From the NCBI GenBank assembly GCA_048519165.1, contig DBFZVF010000010.1:177-64176 (forward strand): a DNA stretch of 64,000 nucleotides. The letters run 5' to 3'. Position numbers and translations under genes: made by a program. The stretch is from Collinsella sp. GTDB lineage: Bacteria > Actinomycetota > Coriobacteriia > Coriobacteriales > Coriobacteriaceae. Below, piece by piece: positions 54,463 through 63,207 of the stretch. Positions within the stretch are counted from its first letter, which is position 1. Every line of letters starts with the position of its first letter. The notes under the pieces were generated by a model, which ran no database searches, was not told the DNA's origin, and saw nothing but the letters and a program-made list of their open reading frames with translations.

Positions 54463-56205
54463 CTACATGCGCCCCAATTCGCCCACGATATGGCCCACGC
54501 GGTCCTCGGGCTCCTTGACCTCGACGCCGTTGTAGCGGAAGAACCGCGCCGGATCGTGCATCAGATCCTCGAGCGGCACCAGCACAAAGTCGCGCTCGCC
54601 GATCAGCGGATGCGGCAGGCGCAGCTTTTTGCCGCCGTGGGTCTCGCCGTCCATCCACAGCAGATCCAGGTCGATGGTCCGCGGACCGTTGGCCTTGGCC
54701 TTTTTGGAACGGTCGCGGCCCAGCTCGGCCTCGATCTTCATGAGCTCGTCGAGCAGCACCAGCGGCGCCAGCTCGGTCTTGATCTCGATGACGGCGTTGG
54801 CAAACGCGTCCTGGCGTGTCTCGTAGGCAGGCTCGCTCTCGTAGATCTTGGAGGAGTTGGACACGCAGGTGAGTGGAATCTCGGCGATCATGTCGCGTGC
54901 GGCGCGGATGTTGTCACAGCGATGCCCCAGGTTGGAGCCCACGGCCACAAACGCGCGGCGCGGCTGCGGCTTGGCAACCGCCCAGTAGCCGTTCAGGAAC
55001 TGCGCAAAACCCGCGGCGTCGTGCACGCGCACGATGTTGGCACCGGCCTGGATGGCGCCCAGGCACACGCCAAACGTAGCGGCATCGCGCTCGGCGGCCT
55101 CGGTCACGCCCGAGACGGCGCCCACAAAGCGCTTGCGTGATACGGCGCACATGAGCGGATAGCCCAGTGACGCCATCTTGGCAGTCTCGCGCTGGATGAC
55201 GATGTCCTCGTTGGCCGTCTTGCCAAAGCCCGGACCGGGATCGATGCAGATGCGGTCGCGCGACACGCCGGCGTGGATGAGCGCGCGGGCCTGGTCGGAC
55301 AGAAAGCCCATGACGCGGCGCATGATGGGTGCCGAATCGGGCAGGGTGAAGCGGCGGAGCTGCGAGGTGGGCACGTAGGCTTCCTCGCGGCGGGCGCTGC
55401 GGCGCATCATGGCGGCCAGGTGGTCATTGGGCTCCGATGCGGCCTCGGTGGCTGCGGGCGCGGCCTCGGGCGCGGGTGCGACGGTCTCGGCGGCAGTAGC
55501 CTGCTCGGCGGCGGGCGCCTCCTGCTCGCTTGCGGGCTCAGACGTGGGCTCCGGTTCACCAAACGGCAACGAGGGCTGCACCACGCCGCCCGGAAGCTTG
55601 GCCTCCGGCTTAGGCTCGCCCAGCAACTTGCCGCGACGGCGGCGAGCCGGCTTCTCAGCCTCACGCGCGGCCTCGGCAGCCGCCTCGCGCGCCTTCTCGG
55701 CAACAAACGCCGCAGCCGAGGTATCGAGCTGCACCGTTGCGTGCGTGCGTGCGGGCGCGGCGACCTCGCCGGCATGCATCACGATGACGCCGCAGGTGCT
55801 CGTCTTAACAAACTCGACCATCTTGGGGTCGGTGAAGCCGGTCACGTCGTTGACGATCGAGGCGCCGCAGCGCACGGCCGCCTTGGCAACCGCCACATGA
55901 CGCGTGTCGATCGAGACGATGGCGCCCTCCTTGGCCAGCGCGCGCACAACGGGCAGCACGCGGCGCGCCTCCTCGTCGGGGTTGACCGGGGTAAAGCCGG
56001 GGCGCGTGGACTCGCCGCCCACGTCGATGATGTCGGCGCCGGCGTCGAGCATCGCCAGGCCATACTCGATGGCGGCATCCGGGTCGAAGTGCTCTCCGCC
56101 GTCGCTAAACGAATCGGGCGTCACGTTGAGGACGCCCATGATGCGCGGACGGTCAAAGCTGAGCTCATACTTTCCGCACCGCCATGTCTTGCTGTCGTTC
56201 GCCAT
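54463..56205 (-). CDS. folP: Bifunctional dihydropteroate synthase - HPPK (FolP-FolK order)
   Basis: MGVLNVTPDSFSDG, DVGGESTRPG, SIDT, IDPGPGFGK, SRKRF, RVHD; then GSNLG, YESEP, GPRTIDLDLL, LPHP..ERDFVL. Confidence 0.93.
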   Translation of the reverse strand: MANDSKTWRCGKYELSFDRPRIMGVLNVTPDSFSDGGEHFDPDAAIEYGLAMLDAGADIIDVGGESTRPGFTPVNPDEEARRVLPVVRALAKEGAIVSIDTRHVAVAKAAVRCGASIVNDVTGFTDPKMVEFVKTSTCGVIVMHAGEVAAPARTHATVQLDTSAAAFVAEKAREAAAEAAREAEKPARRRRGKLLGEPKPEAKLPGGVVQPSLPFGEPEPTSEPASEQEAPAAEQATAAETVAPAPEAAPAATEAASEPNDHLAAMMRRSARREEAYVPTSQLRRFTLPDSAPIMRRVMGFLSDQARALIHAGVSRDRICIDPGPGFGKTANEDIVIQRETAKMASLGYPLMCAVSRKRFVGAVSGVTEAAERDAATFGVCLGAIQAGANIVRVHDAAGFAQFLNGYWAVAKPQPRRAFVAVGSNLGHRCDNIRAARDMIAEIPLTCVSNSSKIYESEPAYETRQDAFANAVIEIKTELAPLVLLDELMKIEAELGRDRSKKAKANGPRTIDLDLLWMDGETHGGKKLRLPHPLIGERDFVLVPLEDLMHDPARFFRYNGVEVKEPEDRVGHIVGELGRM

Positions 56206-56299
56206 GAACATCCTCCTAAAATGCCCACGCCGCCGAGCTCGGGCGCAGGCGGCGGGGTCGCTTTGCAATCAGTCTTTCTATTGTATCCGCGCACACGGG

Positions 56300-57052
56300 C
56301 TAGAACGCAAACGCGGCCGCGATGTCGCAAGAAATCAGCAGGTCGGCATTTGCATCCTGATCGGTGGGAGCAAGATTGCAAATGGCCAGCGTATCGCCGG
56401 TAAAGTAACGCGTAAGGCCTGCCGCCGGATACACCACGAGCGAGGTCCCGCCCACAATGAGGGCATCGGCCGCGGCGATGGCGGCAACGGCGCCGGTCAG
56501 CACATGCTCATCGAGCGGCTCGTCATAGAGCACCACATCGGGCTTGATGCGCCCACCGCACGCAGGACACACGGGCACGCCCACGGCGTCCTCGTGCTCG
56601 CGCGAGCAAATCCACTCGGCGCTATAGACCGCGCCGCACGACTGGCAAATGTTGCGATGGACCGAGCCGTGCAGCTCGAACACGCGCTGCGAGCCGGCCA
56701 TCTGATGCAGGCCATCGATATTTTGCGTCACCACGGCATTTAGCTTGCCGGCGCGCTCCAGCTCGGCCAGCTTGGTGTGGCAGCGGTTGGGCTTGGCGCC
56801 AAGCGCGATCATCTTGGTGCGGTAAAAGTCGAAGAACTCGGCCGGATGCGCCTCGAAAAAGCTATGCGAGAGCATAGTCTCGGGCGGATAGGCAAACTGC
56901 TGGTGATACAGGCCGTCCACGCTGCGGAAATCGGGGATGCCGCTCGCCGTGGAAACACCGGCGCCGCCAAAGAACACCACGCGCTTGTGGGTATCGAACA
57001 GCTCCGCCAGCGCGGCGGAGGCCTGTTTGGAGTCCGTTATCGCCTGCGTCAT
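56300..57052 (-). CDS. cobB: NAD-dependent protein deacylase (Sir2/CobB)
   Basis: GAGVSTASGIPDFRS, TQNIDGLH, HGS, two CxxC, KPDVVLY, GTSLVVYPAA. Confidence 0.93.
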   Translation of the reverse strand: MTQAITDSKQASAALAELFDTHKRVVFFGGAGVSTASGIPDFRSVDGLYHQQFAYPPETMLSHSFFEAHPAEFFDFYRTKMIALGAKPNRCHTKLAELERAGKLNAVVTQNIDGLHQMAGSQRVFELHGSVHRNICQSCGAVYSAEWICSREHEDAVGVPVCPACGGRIKPDVVLYDEPLDEHVLTGAVAAIAAADALIVGGTSLVVYPAAGLTRYFTGDTLAICNLAPTDQDANADLLISCDIAAAFAF

Positions 57053-57188
57053 ATGAGTCCTCCGTCCTTGTTGGTCGGGCAGCGTCGGGCGATGTCCCAG
57101 CATGCGGCCTTTGAGTCGGCACGCGCGGAGCCCACCACCGCCCCTGTTGCGCTAATCTTAAGCCTGCCAACCCCGTCGAAAGGACACC

Positions 57189-58007
57189 ATGCCTCAGACT
57201 TACACTTTCGCCTCGTGGAACGTCAACGGCCTGCGCGCCGTGCTCAAAAAGGACCCGAGCTTTATCCAGATCGCGCAAGAACTCGACGTCGATATTCTGG
57301 CGCTCCAGGAGACCAAGCTGCAAGAGGGCCAGGTCGATATCGATCTGCCCGGTTATCACCAAACCTGGAGCTACGCCGAGCGTAAAGGTTATTCGGGTAC
57401 TGCGGTCTTTAGCCGCCAGGAACCGCTGCGCACGCTGCACGCCGATGCGCTGCTACCCTACGCTAGCGAGGGCGAGGCGGCCGAGCTCGTCGCCCAAGCC
57501 GCGACCGAGGGCCGCGTCTGCGCGCTGGAGTTCGACAAGTTCTGGTTTGTGGATGTCTACACTCCCAACGCGCAAAACGAACTCGCCCGCATCGACGTGC
57601 GCATGGCCTGGGACGATGCCTATCGCGCCTTTTTGAGCGCGCTTGAGCGCGAGACCGGCAAGCCCGTCGTAACCTGCGGCGACTTTAACGTGGCGCACGA
57701 GGAGATCGACCTTAAGAACCCCAAGTCCAACCGCGGCAACGCCGGCTTTTCGGACGAGGAGCGCGGCAAGTTTACCGAGCTGCTCAACGCCGGGTTTACC
57801 GATACCTGGCGCGCGGCAAACCCCAACGTCGAGGGCGTCTACAGCTGGTGGAGCTACCGCTTTAATGCCCGCAAGAACAACGCCGGCTGGCGCATCGACT
57901 ACTTCCTGGTAAGTGATTCAATCGCCGCAAGCGTTCGCGACACCGGTATCCGTGGCGATATCTTCGGCAGCGACCACTGCCCCGTCACCCTCGCCCTGGA
58001 GCTCTAA
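57189..58007 (+). CDS. xth: Exodeoxyribonuclease III
   Basis: SWNVNGLRA, LQETK, GYSGTA, GDFNVAH, YSWWSYR, GWRIDY, SDHCP. Confidence 0.96.
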   Translation: MPQTYTFASWNVNGLRAVLKKDPSFIQIAQELDVDILALQETKLQEGQVDIDLPGYHQTWSYAERKGYSGTAVFSRQEPLRTLHADALLPYASEGEAAELVAQAATEGRVCALEFDKFWFVDVYTPNAQNELARIDVRMAWDDAYRAFLSALERETGKPVVTCGDFNVAHEEIDLKNPKSNRGNAGFSDEERGKFTELLNAGFTDTWRAANPNVEGVYSWWSYRFNARKNNAGWRIDYFLVSDSIAASVRDTGIRGDIFGSDHCPVTLALEL

Positions 58008-58015
58008 CCCCCCAA

Positions 58016-58046
58016 TGATCCCCCGGGGACGGAGGAAAACGGATCA
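58016..58046 (+). repeat. GGGGAC REP-like element (TGATC variant)
   Basis: CGGGGACGGAGGAAAACGGATCA (58024-58046) is the exact reverse complement of 24481-24503. Confidence 0.8.
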
Positions 58047-58069
58047 TGTGACCCCTCTCCCCCTATAAG

Positions 58070-58132
58070 TTGCGGTGGAATAGTTCCTGCTTCGGCCCCA
58101 AACAGCCAAAAACGAGAACTATTCCACCGCAA
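58070..58132. repeat. 17-bp perfect inverted repeat with 29-nt spacer
   Basis: TTGCGGTGGAATAGTTC / GAACTATTCCACCGCAA. Confidence 0.85.
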
Positions 58133-58156
58133 GTTCGTGAGGGAACGCGAAATGCC

Positions 58157-58870
58157 CTACAGCCCGTATTTCACGACGACTCGGTTGATACGGCGACACC
58201 AGGGCTTGTACAGGGCGGCCAAGAACACGCAGGTCGCGAGGCCGTGTGTGATATCGAACGGCACCGCCGTGGCAAGACGCGCCACGGCGCCCGCCCACGT
58301 GAGCGGCTGCACAAAACCGATGATGTCGTAGGCATTGATTACAACGCCGTAGAGCAGGCCCGATGCAAAGCCGTACGCCATCAGCGCCGGCATGCGCACA
58401 GCTCCATCCGCGCGGTCGAACGCACCCGCATGCGCCAGCACGCCGCCAACATAGCCAACCAGACCCCAGGCATACATCTGCCACGGCGTCCACATGCCCT
58501 GCCCAAAAAAGAAATTGCTGGTCAGCGCCGCCAGCGCACCAACCATAAAGCCGTTACGACGACCGAGCGTCACCCCGGCGATAATGGCGATGGCGCTCAC
58601 GGGTTTAAAGTCGGGAATGGGGCCAAACAAGATGCGCCCCGCCGCGGCCAGCGCCGCCAGCACCAGCGTGGGCATAATCTGGCGCAGGCCCGGCCGCGAC
58701 GCCTCGTAGCCCGCGAAGAACAGCGCAAGCACCAGCGCTACCACGACAAGCATGGCAAGCGCCGCCTGCTCAATGCCCGCCAGCAATGCTGCGGCCATTA
58801 CCACTGGCACCGCCAACAACAGCGGAATCTCCAGTTTTGCAAGTAGGCGCAAGCCGCGATAATCCGTCAT
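58157..58870 (-). CDS. ECF transporter S component (CbrT-like; cobalamin substrate is inferred)
   Basis: PDFKPVSAI..G..LG...GF..GAL...SNFFFGQGMWTPWQM.AWG. Confidence 0.85.
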   Translation of the reverse strand: MTDYRGLRLLAKLEIPLLLAVPVVMAAALLAGIEQAALAMLVVVALVLALFFAGYEASRPGLRQIMPTLVLAALAAAGRILFGPIPDFKPVSAIAIIAGVTLGRRNGFMVGALAALTSNFFFGQGMWTPWQMYAWGLVGYVGGVLAHAGAFDRADGAVRMPALMAYGFASGLLYGVVINAYDIIGFVQPLTWAGAVARLATAVPFDITHGLATCVFLAALYKPWCRRINRVVVKYGL

Positions 58871-58874
58871 CCCA

Positions 58875-60518
58875 TCACGCCCTATAAAACACGTTGTCGG
58901 AAAAAAAGTCGACCGGCGGCTCCATGCAGGCAATCTCACCGTCGAACATCATGGCAATGTCATCGGCAACCTGCTCGGCAAAATCCAGATCGTGCGTGGC
59001 CATGATGACGGTGCCGCCAGCCTTTGCATGATCACGCAAGACGCGAGCGATAATGCGGCGGCTGGCCAGGTCTAAACCCTTGGTGGGCTCATCGAGCAAT
59101 AGCAGCTCGGGGCCAATCAGCAGCAGTTTTGCCAATGCAAGCAGTTGACGCTGTCCGCCCGAAAGATCGTACGGGTGGCGCCCATCCAGGCCCGACAGCC
59201 CCAGGCTCGCCGCGCGCTCCCGCGCCACAGCCTCGTCATATCCGCAGGTCGAAGCCCATTCCATCAGCTCATCGCGCACCGTCTCGGCAACCAGCAACGC
59301 CTTGGGGTTCTGAGGCAGCAGCGCCGCCGAGGCCGCCCCGCGCTCCATATGCCCACGCTGCAACTTGACCGTCTTGGCCAGCACCGAAAGCATTGTCGAC
59401 TTCCCGCAGCCGTTACCGCCCACAACCGCATGCACCGCGCCAGCCGAGAACGCCGCATCGAGTCCACGCAGCACCCAGCCGGACGCTCGATCGTAGCGAA
59501 ACCAGCTCCCTGCCAGGGTAGTAGCCGACCCAGCGTGCATTTTTGGGAGAATTCGGCATCCACCGGCGCGCGATGGCGCCCCCGAGTCATCTTGCGGCAG
59601 TATTTGCGCCTCAAATTCACCCGATTTGTCCGATTTCAACCCTTTTTCTGCACCCGGAGCGCCCGCGCGCGGGTCCAAAGAGCCCAGCTGGCCACTGGCG
59701 CTGCTGAAAACTCCGTTTTTTGCACGCCACGAGGCAACCCACCCTGGCACCTCGCCAGAAAACAGCTCTTCACGGTGCCCCAGGGAGGCAATGTCAGCCA
59801 CCTCGCACACGCGTCCGCCCTCAATCCGGTACGCACACGTCGCATACTCTAGCATCGGCCGCGGTTGATGCGTTGCCACGACAACCGTGCAGCCCAGTTC
59901 GCGGTTCACGCGGAACAGCGCATGCAGAAAACTCTTCTCGGCAACGGGATCCAGTTGGGACGTGGGCTCGTCAAGCAGAAGCACGCGCGGACGCAGCGCC
60001 AGCACGGCCGCCAGCGACAGCAGCTGCTTGCGTCCGCCCGAAAGCGTATCGGTATCGCGGTGGAGCCAATCCTCCAACCCGAAGAAATAGCTGGTCTCGG
60101 CCACGCGACGGCGCATCTCGTCGCGCGACATGCCTAGGTTTTCCAGGCCAAACGCCATCTCGTGCCACACGGTTTCGCACACGATCTGGTTCTCGGGGTC
60201 CTGAAACACATAGCCCACGCGCTCCGCGGACGCCCGAACATCCATGTCGGCAACGCTCTCGCCCAGCACGCGCAGCTCGCCGGAGCATTCGCCCGTCGGC
60301 GAAATCTCGGGCTTGAGCAGCGAGAGCAGCGTCGACTTGCCTGACCCGGTACCGCCAACGAGCAACGCAAACGCCCCTTGGGGAACACACCAATCGAGCT
60401 CCTCGAACACTGGCGCCTCGGCCCCGGGGTAGGCAAAGCGCAGGCCCCGCACTTCAATCGCCGGCGTATCCGGGGCGCACGCCACGCCCGCCATCATGCT
60501 CCCGTCCAACCGAGCCAT
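58875..60518 (-). CDS. ECF transporter ATPase with two ABC domains
   Basis: GGTGSGKST/FQDPENQ/LSGGRKQ/DEPT and GGNGCGKST/LSGGQRQ/DEPTKGLD. Confidence 0.92.
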   Translation of the reverse strand: MARLDGSMMAGVACAPDTPAIEVRGLRFAYPGAEAPVFEELDWCVPQGAFALLVGGTGSGKSTLLSLLKPEISPTGECSGELRVLGESVADMDVRASAERVGYVFQDPENQIVCETVWHEMAFGLENLGMSRDEMRRRVAETSYFFGLEDWLHRDTDTLSGGRKQLLSLAAVLALRPRVLLLDEPTSQLDPVAEKSFLHALFRVNRELGCTVVVATHQPRPMLEYATCAYRIEGGRVCEVADIASLGHREELFSGEVPGWVASWRAKNGVFSSASGQLGSLDPRAGAPGAEKGLKSDKSGEFEAQILPQDDSGAPSRAGGCRILPKMHAGSATTLAGSWFRYDRASGWVLRGLDAAFSAGAVHAVVGGNGCGKSTMLSVLAKTVKLQRGHMERGAASAALLPQNPKALLVAETVRDELMEWASTCGYDEAVARERAASLGLSGLDGRHPYDLSGGQRQLLALAKLLLIGPELLLLDEPTKGLDLASRRIIARVLRDHAKAGGTVIMATHDLDFAEQVADDIAMMFDGEIACMEPPVDFFSDNVFYRA

Positions 60519-61417
60519 CAGCCAAACCTCTTCTCGTCAATCGCGTACAGCACGCAGGGCAGCGCCATCCAGGCCGCATATACGACATAGCCCAGCCACG
60601 GCGCCGGCACCGATAGTTGCGGGTAAAACGAATACTGCGCCATCGCGGTCCACGCCACTGCCGTCGTGGCCACGCCAAACAGCGCAAGCCCAACCAGCGC
60701 GGCAACATCGCCGCGCCCCAGCCGATACCGCGCGTACGTCGTGCGGCGTGTCGCGGCGCCCCACCCACGGGAGCGCATAGCGTCCGCGCGCTCCAGCGAA
60801 TCTTCCATGCCCCAGCCCATCAACACGCTCGACGCCCGCAGGCGCGAGCGCACGGGGTCGGCCGGCGCGCGGCCAGGCACATCAATCGCATCCTGCACCG
60901 CCAGCACCGTACGACCGCGGCGCAAAAACTGCGGGATAAGCCGCATGCACATCGAGATCATGAGCGCGATCACCGGCGCGGCGTTACCCAAAAGCGCAAG
61001 CACCTTGTCGTAGCCAAGCATCGATGCCGCCGCCTCAAACCACAGCACGCTCGCCACAAACAGCCCGCCCATGCACAGGCCGTAAACTATGCTCTCTAGA
61101 TACACCGCACGCATGCCAATACGGAACAGTTCCGTCGAGCCCGAGGCGCTAAACAGCGGATTGAGCACCGCGATGATCAAAATCACCGGCAGCTGCCAGC
61201 GAAGCGCCCCCAACGTGCGCGCGGCGCCGCGCGTCGCAAACCCGTACGCCAGCCCGCCCGCAAGCGACAGCGCAATCAGCACCGGCTGCATCGAGAACAT
61301 AGTGAGTCCCAGCGTCAGCACCATGTAGAGCGCTGGCACCGCCGGATGCGACATCGAAAATGCCGCGACGGGTTCGTTGCCCGATTCCCCTCGCATGATG
61401 TCCACGGGCACCCCCAT
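60518..61417 (-). CDS. ECF transporter transmembrane component EcfT
   Basis: HPAV, LNPLFS, MRLIP, ERADAMRSRGW; start uncertain. Confidence 0.88.
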   Translation of the reverse strand: MGVPVDIMRGESGNEPVAAFSMSHPAVPALYMVLTLGLTMFSMQPVLIALSLAGGLAYGFATRGAARTLGALRWQLPVILIIAVLNPLFSASGSTELFRIGMRAVYLESIVYGLCMGGLFVASVLWFEAAASMLGYDKVLALLGNAAPVIALMISMCMRLIPQFLRRGRTVLAVQDAIDVPGRAPADPVRSRLRASSVLMGWGMEDSLERADAMRSRGWGAATRRTTYARYRLGRGDVAALVGLALFGVATTAVAWTAMAQYSFYPQLSVPAPWLGYVVYAAWMALPCVLYAIDEKRFG

Positions 61418-61601
61418 CCTCTCGCTCAAACGCCAACGCCGCAGCGCCGCCGCCATGCACAGCCAGCGCAAACACCACGCCGGCAGCAGCGACATCGGCC
61501 GTCACGCGCCAATCGCTACGCGCTCATCATATGCCTGCGGTATCATATTGCGCCGTGTATCGTTTCCAAACACACGTCTCTATAACGTAACAGGAGATCA
61601 C

Positions 61602-63014
61602 ATGGACGCAACCGCAATTATCCTCGCCGCCGGCGAGGGCACCCGCATGAAGTCAAACCACTGCAAGGTTTCGCACAAGATCCTGGGCAAGCCCATGGTC
61701 CAGTGGATCGTCGACGCCACCATCAAGGCCGGCTGCAGCCGCGTCGTGGTCGTCATCGGCAGCCACGCCGACGAGATGCGCGCCCTTATCGACGGCGCCT
61801 ACGCCAACAGCGCCACCAAGGTCGAGTGCGTCGAGCAGACCGAGCGCCTGGGCACCGGCCACGCCGTAAAGGTCGCACTCGAGGCCTGCGGCATCACGCA
61901 AGGCCCCGTCGTCGTGCTCAATGGCGACCTGCCGCTCATCACCGCCGACACGGTCGCCAAGTTCGCGCAGACCGTCGCCACCGGCGAGCTCGCCTGCACC
62001 GTCATGACCATGACCCCGCCTGACCCCTTCGGCTACGGCCGCATCAAGCTGGGCGCCGACGGCCAGATCGAGCGCATCATCGAGCAGAAGGACTGCACGC
62101 CCGAGCAGGCCGCCACGCTGCTCGAGTGCAACGCCGGCTGCTACGCCTTCGACGGCGCGCAGCTCGCCGCGCACATCGACGAGATCGGCAACGACAACGC
62201 GCAGTCCGAGTACTATCTGCCCGACATGCTCGAGATCCTCAAAGGCCACGGCCAGGCAGTCTCCATCTTCCACTGCGACGACTACCGCGACGGCCTGGGC
62301 GTCAACAGCCGTATCCAGCTCGCACAGCTTACCGCCATCGCACGCGACCGCATCAACGAGCACTGGATGGCCGAGGGCGTTACCTTCATCGACCCCACGC
62401 AGGCCTGGATCGGCCCCGATGCCGTTATCGGCCGCGATACCGTCGTGTGGCCGCAGACGCACCTGATCGGCCACGTCACCGTGGGCGAGGAGTGCCAGCT
62501 CGGCCCCAACAGCCGCCTCACCGACACCACCGTCGGCAGTGGCTGCACCATCGATGAGACCATCGCCATCGAAGCTGTCATCGAGAACGGCGTCGACTGC
62601 GGCCCGCGCGCCTACCTGCGCCCGGGCACCCACATGCTCGACGGCTCCAAAGCCGGCACGCACGTGGAGATCAAGAAGTCCACGATCGGCGAGGGCTCCA
62701 AGGTGCCGCACCTGTCCTACATCGGCGACACCACCATGGGCTCCGGCGTCAACGTGGGCGCAGGCTCCATCACCTGCAACTACGACGGCGTGCACAAGCA
62801 CAAGACCGTCATCGGCAAGGATGCCTTCATCGGTTCCGACACCATGATGGTCGCGCCCGCTCAGATCGGCGACGGCGCGCTCGTTGCCGCCGGCTCCGTC
62901 ATCACCGAGCCGGTCCCGGCAGACGCACTCGGTCTGGGCCGCGCCCGTCAGGTAAATATTGAGGGCTGGGCCGCCGATTACCGCCGCCGTCTGCACGAGA
63001 ACGACGAGGTATAA
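61602..63014 (+). CDS. glmU: Bifunctional UDP-GlcNAc pyrophosphorylase / glucosamine-1-P acetyltransferase
   Basis: IILAAGEGTRMKS, LGTGHAV, GYGRI, EYYLPD, PHLSYIGD, ITCNYDG. Confidence 0.97.
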   Translation: MDATAIILAAGEGTRMKSNHCKVSHKILGKPMVQWIVDATIKAGCSRVVVVIGSHADEMRALIDGAYANSATKVECVEQTERLGTGHAVKVALEACGITQGPVVVLNGDLPLITADTVAKFAQTVATGELACTVMTMTPPDPFGYGRIKLGADGQIERIIEQKDCTPEQAATLLECNAGCYAFDGAQLAAHIDEIGNDNAQSEYYLPDMLEILKGHGQAVSIFHCDDYRDGLGVNSRIQLAQLTAIARDRINEHWMAEGVTFIDPTQAWIGPDAVIGRDTVVWPQTHLIGHVTVGEECQLGPNSRLTDTTVGSGCTIDETIAIEAVIENGVDCGPRAYLRPGTHMLDGSKAGTHVEIKKSTIGEGSKVPHLSYIGDTTMGSGVNVGAGSITCNYDGVHKHKTVIGKDAFIGSDTMMVAPAQIGDGALVAAGSVITEPVPADALGLGRARQVNIEGWAADYRRRLHENDEV

Positions 63015-63029
63015 CGTTTTACCAAGCAC

Positions 63030-63064
63030 AAAAGGAGCTGTTCCCACGGGGACGGCTCCTTTTT
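63030..63064 (+). terminator. Intrinsic terminator after glmU
   Basis: AAAAGGAGCTGTTCCC...GGGGACGGCTCCTTTTT. Confidence 0.8.
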
Positions 63065-63207
63065 CTATCGTGACCTGCGCGACCGGATGAGTGGTCGGTT
63101 CGTGTCCGTTGACGGTAAAGACGTTATCAAGGCTCGATAAGCCCCGTCACGCGGTTACAATGCAACAAGGCATCTATATGGCATTCGATGTATAAAGGAG
63201 AAGGGTA

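Noticed and set aside
61418..61601. Cobalamin riboswitch or a small upstream gene before the ECF operon
   Set aside because: No B12-box-like motif recognised; the hydrophobic alternative-frame ORF overlaps ecfT and lacks support.
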